From assembly GCA_021813445.1 (NCBI GenBank), contig JAKAKP010000140.1, positions 1,280 to 65,279 of the forward strand: DNA of 64,000 bases. Direction: 5' to 3'. The DNA comes from Deltaproteobacteria bacterium. Lineage in GTDB: Bacteria > Desulfobacterota > Desulfobaccia > Desulfobaccales > 0-14-0-80-60-11. Both the position numbers and the translations under genes were made by a program. Below are positions 9,917 through 17,599 of this stretch, one piece after another. Within the stretch, counting starts at the first letter, position 1, and every line of letters begins with the position of its first letter. The notes beneath the pieces are model-generated. The model did not search any database and was not told where the DNA came from. It saw only the letters and a list, made by a program, of their open reading frames with translations.

Positions 9917-10147
9917 ATGAAGTCAATCGTTCTGCCAATGGTGCTAATGCTGGCTTTGGCGGGCTGTTCCGGCATGACTCCCACCGAACAACGGGTGCTG
10001 AGCGGCGGGGCCATGGGTGCCGCGGGTGGCGCTCTCATCGGCGCAGCCGCGGGTTCGCCCGCCATAGGTGCAGCAGTCGGTGGTGGTGCCGGCCTCCTGG
10101 GAGGGTTGGCCTACGACCAATATCAAAAATCCCAGGGGAGACCTTGA
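9917..10147 (+). CDS. Small glycine-zipper lipoprotein (OsmB/YMGG-like)
   Basis: 76 aa. Signal peptide with lipobox LAGC, followed by the GGAMGAAGGALIGAAAGSPAIGAAVGGGAGLLGG glycine zipper. Confidence 0.75.
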   Translation: MKSIVLPMVLMLALAGCSGMTPTEQRVLSGGAMGAAGGALIGAAAGSPAIGAAVGGGAGLLGGLAYDQYQKSQGRP

Positions 10148-10244
10148 GGCCTGGGACTGGAAGCCAGATGTTTGGGGTCCAGCGCCGAGACGCGGCATTT
10201 CTGAGGATTGGCTTTTAAGGGAGATTGATCTGCTCCTGAAAAGT

Positions 10245-10494
10245 TGTCGGTGGTCAGTGGTCAGTAAAAGACAAGGCATACCGGAGGATTTCTCCCTCTC
10301 CCCCCGCCCCAGGAGTCCATTGCTCCTAACCGGCAATTCGCGGGGGGAGAGGGCTGGGGTGAGGGGGGCAAACTTTTCATCCTTTGTGGGTGCGCCTCAG
10401 GCCCATGAGGAGCTGTTACGAAAAGTTCCTATAGGTGGCGCAGGCTTTCCAGCCTGCGCGCCATTGCCGGGCGGGCGAGGACGCCGCCCCTACG
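10245..10494. repeat. Cluster of several short palindromic repeat elements
   Basis: Contains GGTCAGTGGTCAGT. Also contains CCCTCTCCCC...GGGGGGAGAGGGCTGGGGTGAGGGGGG. GGTGGCGCAGGCTTTCCAGCCTGCGCGCC is related to 29844 and 45531. ...CGCCGCCCCTACGA is related to the family B cores. Confidence 0.5.
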
Positions 10495-10566
10495 ATTCTT
10501 TTCATAATTTATGGGCGGGCCATAGGCCCTTCGGCCGTACCCCCGGGAAATGGGGAGAGAATAACC

Positions 10567-11316
10567 ATGCATCCCTATAAGATCGTCCTGGCCGATGATC
10601 ACACGATATTTCGGCAAAGCGTCAGGAGAGTGGTGGAAGAGGTCCCCGGCCTGGAGATCGTGGGAGAGGCCGCCAGTGGGCATGAATTGTTGCTGCTTCT
10701 GCAACAGACTTCTCCCCAGTTGGTTATTCTTGATCTTTCCATGCCGGATTATGGAGGCATGGCAGCCCTTAAAGAAATGAAACGCCCCCATCCCCGGGTT
10801 AAGGTGTTAATCTTAAGCATGCACAAAACCCGGGGACATGTTTATCGGGCAATATCCATGCAGGTTCAAGGATACCTGCTCAAAGAAGATACTCATGAGG
10901 AACTGATTGCCGCGATAAAGCTAATCCGGAGTGGCGGCACCTATTTTTCGCCGCTATTGGCCGGACAGATTTCCGAGATCAACGTAAAAAAGCGCCTCAG
11001 GGATTTGCTATTTCAAGAAGATCCTTTGAGTAACCGGGAAGCGCAAATCCTTAGTTTTTTGGCGGAAGGCAAAACCAGCCAACAAATCGCGGACCTTCTA
11101 TCTCTCAGCATCAAAACCGTAAATACCCATCGCCTGAAGATCAAAAGAAAGTTGGACCTTGGGAAATCCATTGAGTTGATAAAATACGCCATTCTCAAAG
11201 GATACATCATGGTGGACCCCGTTGAATTCCCGGAAGCATTAAACAATCCACCTGCGGTTAACGAAAGGTCTTCTCCGAAAAACTCAGAAGTTACCAGTAA
11301 AACCTCCTCAGGTTGA
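10567..11316 (+). CDS. Orphan response regulator, NarL/LuxR family, with a C-terminal tail of about 35 aa
   Basis: MHPYKIVLADDH...LVILDLSMP, LuxR HTH LSNREAQILSFLAEGKTSQQIA. ATG at 10567; the upstream part of the track ORF runs through repeats. Confidence 0.85.
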   Translation: MHPYKIVLADDHTIFRQSVRRVVEEVPGLEIVGEAASGHELLLLLQQTSPQLVILDLSMPDYGGMAALKEMKRPHPRVKVLILSMHKTRGHVYRAISMQVQGYLLKEDTHEELIAAIKLIRSGGTYFSPLLAGQISEINVKKRLRDLLFQEDPLSNREAQILSFLAEGKTSQQIADLLSLSIKTVNTHRLKIKRKLDLGKSIELIKYAILKGYIMVDPVEFPEALNNPPAVNERSSPKNSEVTSKTSSG

Positions 11317-11437
11317 CTCTAACGCCCTGAGAGATTTAAATACCCATCTTTTCCTGAATACTACTATCCGGCATTTTGCTGTTGCGCCTCCGTGAAACAA
11401 CCCGGAGGAGGTTAAAGCAAGGGGGAGAGGCCTCTAA

Positions 11438-11926
11438 ATGAGACCATCAACCGTTAAGGAGCGCCTCGGCGCCTGGATCTGCATTTTAGGGGTGGTCATC
11501 TGCCTGCTGGGCTGTCAGACCCAGGTTAGTAAAGCGCCGCCATTGCCGCCCCCGCTGCCGCCAAAGCCGGCGCAACCCAGAGCAGTACGCCCCACTTTTT
11601 ATGTGACCGCTAATCATCTTAGTTTACGGGCCTGTCCCGGCCTAGACTGCAAAAAAATCACTACCCTGAAATTAAATGCGGAAGTGGAAAAGATGGGGGA
11701 GAGTCAAAACTGGACCCAGGTCAAGGTAATAAAGGATGGGACGATAGGTTATGTCAGCTCCCGCTATCTCTCTTCGCACCCCGTGGACGCGGCCCATCTT
11801 GCCAGGAAAAAATCCAAGAAGACCAAACCCCGCAAAGTCACCCGGCCTCCAGAAGTGACGGTGGAAGAGGGGAAAGCCTGGCCCGCGAATCAGGAGCCTG
11901 CCCCTCCCATCCCCCGGGTCATGTAA
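11438..11926 (+). CDS. SH3b-domain lipoprotein
   Basis: Signal peptide with LLGC lipobox, Pro-rich linker and an SH3b core ...NWTQVKVIKDGTIGYVSSRYL. Confidence 0.75.
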   Translation: MRPSTVKERLGAWICILGVVICLLGCQTQVSKAPPLPPPLPPKPAQPRAVRPTFYVTANHLSLRACPGLDCKKITTLKLNAEVEKMGESQNWTQVKVIKDGTIGYVSSRYLSSHPVDAAHLARKKSKKTKPRKVTRPPEVTVEEGKAWPANQEPAPPIPRVM

Positions 11927-12231
11927 GAGGAGGCAGGAATTAGGGGCTTGGATTTGCAGGATGGAAATTTATGCCTTCCTGAAGCTTTTTCCCTGAAAGC
12001 TGCTAGCTCATTCTCGCGTATGTCCAGTGGGTTTCCGGTGCCAAGAAAAAGGGCGCAGACTGGCTGCGCCCTGAAATGGCAGAAGCAAATTTCAGCCTCA
12101 CCGGGTCAGTCCTAAGCCTTGGGGTAAGTTGCAGGTTTCTTCCTGGCTTAGAGGTTATGACCCTTCCAAAAATAGGCCCAAATCTTGAAAAGCTTTTGTG
12201 TTCATCACCTGGGGCTATGCCGGAATGCCAA

Positions 12232-12912
12232 TCAATGTCCAGCTCCAAGTTTGCCCAGCGCCTTGGTAAGTTCCATGGCCACGCCCAGGCCCTGCCGGGC
12301 TTCTTTACTACCCATGGCGCTCAACATGCCCAAGGGGCCCAAGGGTTTGGCCTCCTCCAGGTGGATGGCCGCGGGGAGTTCCAGCAGGCGATTCATGAAG
12401 TCGATCATCTGGGGATCGGACAACTTTTTCAGCATGCTCAAGAGCAGCACAAAGGCGTCGCTCATGGTGGCAATTTCCTCGGGGTCGTAATGGGCCGCCA
12501 CCTTGGCGCGGACCTCCAGCATGGCGGCATAAGTGCGAAAAACCCCTTTGCGCTCCAGGTTATCCATGTAGTTGATGAGATTGGGAACGGCGCTTTTTAA
12601 TAAAGGCTCCATGCATTTCCACATCTCGGAGAGGTTCTCCAGGGTCTCCAGGGCCTGGGTGAGGTTGCGGACGCTGCGGAGTCCCTGTTTCAGCAGGGCG
12701 AAGAGGTCTTCCAGTTGGAAGCCGGTCTCCAGGGTCCCCAGTTCCTCCAGCAGGATTTTACAGGCTGAATTCATCAGGGGCGCGAGGTCGTTCTTCAACT
12801 CGGTCAGGCCCTGTTGAGACTTGACCAGGGTTTGTATCTGGCCCTCCATCCGGTCGAGCCTCTCCAAGATCAGTTCTTCTGTGCCAGGTTTCTTCTCATT
12901 CTTATTAGGCAT
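12232..12912 (-). CDS. DUF1641-domain protein
   Basis: Helical protein with repeated L..L..L segments, as in DUF1641. ATG at 12912 is preceded by GAGAGGAGA; a TTG at 12930 would overlap the flavoprotein stop. It lies immediately downstream of the FAD oxidoreductase, the usual partner of this family. Confidence 0.7.
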   Translation of the reverse strand: MPNKNEKKPGTEELILERLDRMEGQIQTLVKSQQGLTELKNDLAPLMNSACKILLEELGTLETGFQLEDLFALLKQGLRSVRNLTQALETLENLSEMWKCMEPLLKSAVPNLINYMDNLERKGVFRTYAAMLEVRAKVAAHYDPEEIATMSDAFVLLLSMLKKLSDPQMIDFMNRLLELPAAIHLEEAKPLGPLGMLSAMGSKEARQGLGVAMELTKALGKLGAGH

Positions 12913-12926
12913 GGCCGTCTCCTCTC

Positions 12927-14171
12927 TCAACCATAGACATGATAGACATGTCCCAGCATTTTACCGGCCATGAACATCTGGGGTTCCAGGGGCAGTTCTT
13001 TGCCTTTGAGCATCATGTTGAAGTAGACCCACTTAAACATCATCTTGCCCCAGTAGTTGAAATGGCTTTCGCCCAGAAGGGTGAAGGGCCCCAGGCCCGG
13101 GAAGGGATATTTGCCCGGCAAGGGTTCTACTTTGTAGTTGAAGTCAATGAGGCTGGCCTTTTCGTAGCCGGTGACGATGAAGCAGGTGGAGTGGCCGTCG
13201 AATTCCGGCAGGGGCTCCTGGCCGTCGATTTCCCGGAGCAGGTTTTCCACGATGATGTCCGATTCATAGTGGGCCACGGCCCCGGCCTTGGAGGTGGGCA
13301 CGTTGGTGGCGTCGCCCACGATGTACATGTTCTCGTATTTTTTGGATTTTAAGGTGCCGTGGTCAGTGTCGAGGTAACCCATGGGGTCGCCGATCTCGCT
13401 GTCGATGATGACCTGGGCTCCGAAGTTGGGCGGAATAGTCACCAGCAAATCGTAATTGACCTCGTCGCCCTTGGCGGAAGATATTATCTTCTTGGCGGGG
13501 TCGACTTCGGCGATATCGAAGTTCGGGGTGATCCTGATCTTCTTCTCTTCGCACAGCTTGGTCAAAGCTGCGGTGGCCACCGGCTTGGTGAAGGCCCCGG
13601 AGAGCGGGGTCACCAGTTCCAGTTCGATGTCGTCCCGGACCCCGTTGACCGTGAAAAACCAGTCGGCCATGAAGATGAACTCCAGGGGCGCCACCGGGCA
13701 TTTGATGGGCATTTCGGCAATATTGAGGACGATCTTGCCTTTTTTGAAGTATTTCCATCTCTTGTAAAGGGCGATGGCGCCATCCGGGGTATAGAAGTCG
13801 TGGATGTCGCCGTGCCAGTCGTCCTTCATGCCGTCGATTTCGCCAGGCATGATCCGGCAGCCGGTGGCTATCACCAGCCAGTCATAGTCAACCTGCCCCT
13901 TTTTGGTCTTGATCCGTTTCTTGACCGGGTCGATATTGGTGACTTCGTCCAACACGAAATCGATACCCGGGAGGACAAAATCCATCTTGGGTTTAATGCA
14001 GTCCTCGGCCTTGTAAACGCCGAAGGGGATGAAGAGCCAGCCCGGCTGATAGTGGTGCTGCCGGTCCCGGTCAATCACGGTAATCTTCCAGTCGTTGTCG
14101 AGCTTCTCTCGCATTTTCGTGGCTACCATGGTGCCACCGGCTCCATACCCCAAAATTACCAGTTTTTTCAT
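12927..14171 (-). CDS. NAD(P)/FAD-dependent oxidoreductase, sulfide:quinone oxidoreductase/NDH-2-like (Pyr_redox_2)
   Basis: 414 aa. N-terminal dinucleotide fold MKKLVILGYGAGG, then ...HHYQPGWLFIPFG..., and a second Rossmann fold KIVLNIAEMPIKCPVAPLEF, typical of SQR-type flavoproteins. Confidence 0.85.
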   Translation of the reverse strand: MKKLVILGYGAGGTMVATKMREKLDNDWKITVIDRDRQHHYQPGWLFIPFGVYKAEDCIKPKMDFVLPGIDFVLDEVTNIDPVKKRIKTKKGQVDYDWLVIATGCRIMPGEIDGMKDDWHGDIHDFYTPDGAIALYKRWKYFKKGKIVLNIAEMPIKCPVAPLEFIFMADWFFTVNGVRDDIELELVTPLSGAFTKPVATAALTKLCEEKKIRITPNFDIAEVDPAKKIISSAKGDEVNYDLLVTIPPNFGAQVIIDSEIGDPMGYLDTDHGTLKSKKYENMYIVGDATNVPTSKAGAVAHYESDIIVENLLREIDGQEPLPEFDGHSTCFIVTGYEKASLIDFNYKVEPLPGKYPFPGLGPFTLLGESHFNYWGKMMFKWVYFNMMLKGKELPLEPQMFMAGKMLGHVYHVYG

Positions 14172-14323
14172 AGACCTCGCCTTTCTTGTAATTTGATCCA
14201 GTTCCTCGGCAGGAATTGGAAGGCATTCCTGTACTTGAGATGGTTGGCCGCCAGGCCAACGTTTGGAAAACCTGCGTTAAGGGCAGACCTGCGGGTCCAC
14301 CTCGAGAGCGCCTCCTGAGGCTC

Positions 14324-15091
14324 TTACAAACCCTTTTTCTTCCAGTTGCGGGTCACATTGGTCAGGAAAAATTCTTTAACCAGACGGCGCCAGCCAAGCT
14401 GCGGAAAATGGCCATAGACATCGCCGACGAGCGCGCCGCCGGACGGCAAGGTTAATCCCACCGTGGTTTCCATGAGGTTCAGCAAGCGCCAGGATTCTTT
14501 GGCAATCCAGGCCTCGTTATTCTCTTTGGAAGAGAGGCTGGCCAAATTCTGCCGGAGATTGGTCGGTTTGACCTTGAACAGCCAGCCTTCGCCATAGGGA
14601 TCGCGATGGAGCAGACGGGGATTCTGACAAACCTCGGGATTGACTGCCGTGACTAGACCGTCCACCGGAGCCTCAAAGGAAGCCTTGTGCTCCTTTTTGA
14701 TCAGAGCCATGCAGATGTGATCCTGAAAAAAGACTGCGCCCACTTCGGGTAATCTCAGGGCGTCAGCCGGACCCAGTATCTTCTGGGAAAAGTCATCCAG
14801 CCCCACCCGCACTTCGCCGCTCTCTTCGAGCGCTACCCAGGCGTGGCCCCGGTGCAGATAATAGTCCTCGGGAGGGGCTTGTACCCCGAGGGCTTCCACC
14901 ATCCCCGGTTCAGGGTGGGGTTCGGGGGCTGGGCCACCTTCTTTCAGAGGGTGGTGGTCTACCCGCCAGACTGCCCCACATTTTTGACACACGCACTTAT
15001 ACTCTGACTGGGTGCCGTTCTTAGGGCCAGGAACCTCACAGACCAGCCAATGCCCGGCCATGGCCCCGCAATTCTTACAATCGAGTCTCAT
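14324..15091 (-). CDS. Zinc-ribbon / GcvH-fold protein with conserved C-terminal extension (paralog 1)
   Basis: N-terminal CKNCG...CQKCG ribbon. The core YYLHRGHAWV..VRVGLDDFSQKILGPADALRLPEVG...APVDGLVTAVN...DPYGEGWLFKV aligns with glycine-cleavage H proteins. An extra tail of about 80 aa ends in WKKK. RBS GGAGG. Confidence 0.8.
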   Translation of the reverse strand: MRLDCKNCGAMAGHWLVCEVPGPKNGTQSEYKCVCQKCGAVWRVDHHPLKEGGPAPEPHPEPGMVEALGVQAPPEDYYLHRGHAWVALEESGEVRVGLDDFSQKILGPADALRLPEVGAVFFQDHICMALIKKEHKASFEAPVDGLVTAVNPEVCQNPRLLHRDPYGEGWLFKVKPTNLRQNLASLSSKENNEAWIAKESWRLLNLMETTVGLTLPSGGALVGDVYGHFPQLGWRRLVKEFFLTNVTRNWKKKGL

Positions 15092-15136
15092 GTGATCAGT
15101 CCTCCACCAGGACGGATTTCCGCCCCGGACCTCCGG

Positions 15137-15751
15137 TTAACGTTTCTTCCAGTCCTTGATCAAGTTGGTTAAAAAGAACTCCTTAGCCAGACGCCGCCAG
15201 GTCAAACGGGGATAATGCCCGCAAACATCATCGAGGATGACCCCGCCCATGGGGAGAGCGGCTCCCACAGTGGTGCTGAGGATAAAAAGCAACCTCTGGG
15301 CCTCCTGTTCGATCCAGGTGACATTGGAATCACCGTAAAACAACTGGTCGAGATTTTGCGGCAGATTGGTGGGTTGGACCGTGAACAGCCAGCCTTCGCC
15401 ATAAGGATCGCCATGGATCAGGCCGGGGCTCTGCCGCGCCCGGGGATTGATGGAAGTGATAATGCCGTCCACCGGGGCTTCGATGGAGGCTTTGCGTCCT
15501 TCCCGGAACAGCGCCAGGCACACATGGTCCTGATAGTAGGTCTTGCCGATTTCGGGCAATTGCACTTCGTCCGCCGGCCCCAGGATCTTCTGGGAAAAGG
15601 CGTCCAAACCGACCCGCACCAGGCCCGAGTCTTCAGGCACCGCCCAGGTGTGGCCCCGGTGCAGATAATAAATATCGGTCGGCACTTGGAAGCCGTAGAC
15701 GTCCACAAGCTGATGCCTTGGGGCGCGGGTTTCGCAACTGGCACCGGTCAT
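15137..15751 (-). CDS. GcvH-fold protein with conserved C-terminal extension (paralog 2, no zinc ribbon)
   Basis: Same core and tail as paralog 1. ATG at 15751 has GGAGG 8 nt upstream; the track start at 15766 is a GTG. Confidence 0.8.
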   Translation of the reverse strand: MTGASCETRAPRHQLVDVYGFQVPTDIYYLHRGHTWAVPEDSGLVRVGLDAFSQKILGPADEVQLPEIGKTYYQDHVCLALFREGRKASIEAPVDGIITSINPRARQSPGLIHGDPYGEGWLFTVQPTNLPQNLDQLFYGDSNVTWIEQEAQRLLFILSTTVGAALPMGGVILDDVCGHYPRLTWRRLAKEFFLTNLIKDWKKR

Positions 15752-15811
15752 GACTTGGACCTCCACCTCAAGCCTTCCTCTGATCTGATCCCCACCTTGG
15801 CATGACGGCCA

Positions 15812-16559
15812 TCAGGATTTTTTCTTCCATTCCCGGGTCAGGCTGGTGAGAAGAAACTCCTGGACCAGGGGCCGCCAGCCCAACTGGGGATAATTTCCAT
15901 AGACGTCATCAATAATGGTGCCGCCATCCGGCCCGGTGACTCCCACTTCGCTTTCCATGAGATTGATTAAGCGATGGGACTCCTGATGCATCCAATCGGC
16001 CGTGGCGTCTCCGGAAAACAGGTTGGTCAAATTGCGCTGGAGGTTGATGGGCCAGACCTTGAACAGCCAGCCGGCGCCAAAAGGATCGTTATGGATCAGG
16101 CGGGGATTCTCACGCACCTTGGGATTGATTGCCGTAATGGCGCCATCCACCGGGGCGAGAAAGGAAGCCTTCCGGCCCTGTCTGACCAGGGAGAGGCAGA
16201 TGTGATCCTGATAGTACGTCTTGCCGAGATCTGGCAGCTTCACCTCGTCTGCGGGCCCGAAGATCTTCTGGGAAAAGGCGTCCAGTCCCACCCTCACTTC
16301 GCCGGTGTCTTCGAGCACGGCCCAGCTATGTCCCGGGTGCAGGTAACAGTCACTGGCGGGCACTCCAAAACCGAAGATTTCCACTTCCTGGTTATTCCTG
16401 CTCTTCATGTCTGCCATTCCTTCCTTAAAAAGGTTGTGTTTTTCGATGAACCAGGTTCTTCCCACATTTGCGGCAGATGCACTTGCCGAGGGGTTTAGTT
16501 TTGTCGTGATAAAAGATCTCACTCCGCCAAGGCCCGCATCTTTTGCAAAGGATTTCCAT
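15812..16559 (-). pseudogene. Zinc-ribbon / GcvH-fold paralog 3, split by a 1-nt frameshift (or two coupled ORFs)
   Basis: A 44-aa ribbon ORF (MEILCKRCG...CRKCGKNLVHRKTQPF*, 16559-16425) is followed by the GcvH-fold body in another frame. The frame of the body upstream of its first Met reads GRTWFIEKHNLFKEG, homologous to paralog 1 AVWRVDHHPLKEGG. AGGAGG RBS precedes 16559. Confidence 0.7.
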
Positions 16560-16656
16560 GCAACTGTCCTCCTGTAGGACTTGAGGTTTGCGGCTTTCCC
16601 ATCTCCTCTCCGTCATCTTTGCCAGGAATGTCTCATCCGCAGCCCAGCTTCCTTTA

Positions 16657-16673
16657 GGCAAATTACGGGCCAA
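16657..16673 (-). promoter_or_regulatory. Sigma-54 (-24/-12) promoter candidate for the GcvH-like/flavoprotein operon
   Basis: The minus strand reads TTGGCCCGTAATTTGCC, against the consensus TGGCACG-N4-TTGCW. GG and GC are separated by exactly 10 nt. It lies about 100 nt upstream of the ATG at 16559. Confidence 0.6.
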
Positions 16674-16833
16674 ACCTGCGATGCCAGGGTAACCATCTAT
16701 AATTACAGCAATATTTATGATCACTCCCCATGCTTTCCCATCATCCGCCAGCGGCAAGGCGAGGTTTTGGTGAAAATTCGCACAGAGGCTCGGCTAAAAT
16801 TCGCTAACCCATTGATAATTATGGATGATTATT

Positions 16834-16850
16834 TGTACGAAAATCGCACA
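16834..16850. promoter_or_regulatory. 17-bp imperfect palindrome TGTACGAAAATCGCACA (putative activator-binding UAS, copy 1)
   Basis: TGTACGA-N3-TCGCACA. The 20-nt core GTACGAAAATCGCACAAAGA is identical to copy 2. It lies about 165 nt upstream of the sigma-54 promoter. Confidence 0.5.
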
Positions 16851-16908
16851 AAGATAGGAGGTAAGATGCCCGAATAAGGGTATCATATTGTTTTGATTAA
16901 TTATTAAT

Positions 16909-16925
16909 CGTACGAAAATCGCACA
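16909..16925. promoter_or_regulatory. Palindrome CGTACGAAAATCGCACA (putative UAS, copy 2)
   Basis: Exact 20-nt repeat of copy 1, 75 nt further upstream. Confidence 0.5.
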
Positions 16926-16993
16926 AAGAAGATTGGAGCGAGCCTGAGAACGGGCGTGAGCCGGGTCTTAGTGACAGTGGAGAGGCGGGGTGG

Positions 16994-17599
16994 TTACAGG
17001 TCTTGGAGGCTTTGAAAGTAATCGTCCAGCAGGATCAGACAATATTTGCACAGTCCGGTTTTCTTTTGGTCCAATTTTTCCAGGTTGGCGGCAAAGCCCA
17101 TGAGACAGCCGTCTTGGCGGCAGTGGGGGAGGCCGAAGGTATGGCCCAATTCATGTAAGCTTAACTTGATGAGCCGGCTTAATAAGAGGGATCTGGACGG
17201 TTTGACTTCCCCGGCGCCGGCGCCGGGACGAAAGGTTGAAATAATGGCGGCTTTGCCGTCCAACTGGGCCTCGCCAAAGACAAAAGTGAATATGGGAATG
17301 TAAAGATCCGCCGCGGTTATCCCCAGGATTCGAAAAGGATCTTCTCCGTGCTCGTCATTGAGCAGATAATCCAGGAGTTGGGTGGAATAATACTGATTAC
17401 GCCCTGGGTGATGGGTCTGGGGGGGCAGAGGTCTGGTGGGCAAAATCTTTACCGGCAGGAAAAGAAAATCGGCAATGGCCTGGCGTAAATCAGGCAAGAT
17501 CAGGTGATCCACCGGGGCCAGGGGAACCAGGCCCAGAAACGGACGGTATGACATATAGTGAACCGCTCTACAGCCCGGAAGCCGCAGGCTGAGCCCCAA
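16994..17599 (-). CDS. Archaemetzincin-family zinc metalloprotease (Amz-like)
   Basis: HELGHTFGLPHCRQDGCLM...CKYC matches the archaemetzincin signature HExxHxxGx3Cx4CxM...CxxC. The TTG start abuts the regulator stop; an alternative ATG lies at 17554. Confidence 0.85.
   Translation of the reverse strand: MGLSLRLPGCRAVHYMSYRPFLGLVPLAPVDHLILPDLRQAIADFLFLPVKILPTRPLPPQTHHPGRNQYYSTQLLDYLLNDEHGEDPFRILGITAADLYIPIFTFVFGEAQLDGKAAIISTFRPGAGAGEVKPSRSLLLSRLIKLSLHELGHTFGLPHCRQDGCLMGFAANLEKLDQKKTGLCKYCLILLDDYFQSLQDL

Noticed and set aside
12003-12600. ORFs 12003-12248 (-) and 12076-12600 (+).
   Set aside because: The plus-strand ORF is antisense to the DUF1641 gene. The minus-strand ORF lies in the spacer downstream of it, without an RBS or motif. 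Neither is supportable.
13359-14318. 319-aa plus-strand ORF (and 12939-13352).
   Set aside because: It is the antisense shadow of the FAD oxidoreductase, whose Rossmann motifs are unambiguous on the minus strand.
16560-16757. N-terminal 66-aa extension of track ORF 16425-16757.
   Set aside because: The extension runs through the predicted sigma-54 promoter and 5' leader and has no homology to paralog 1. The AGGAGG RBS sits in front of the internal ATG at 16559.
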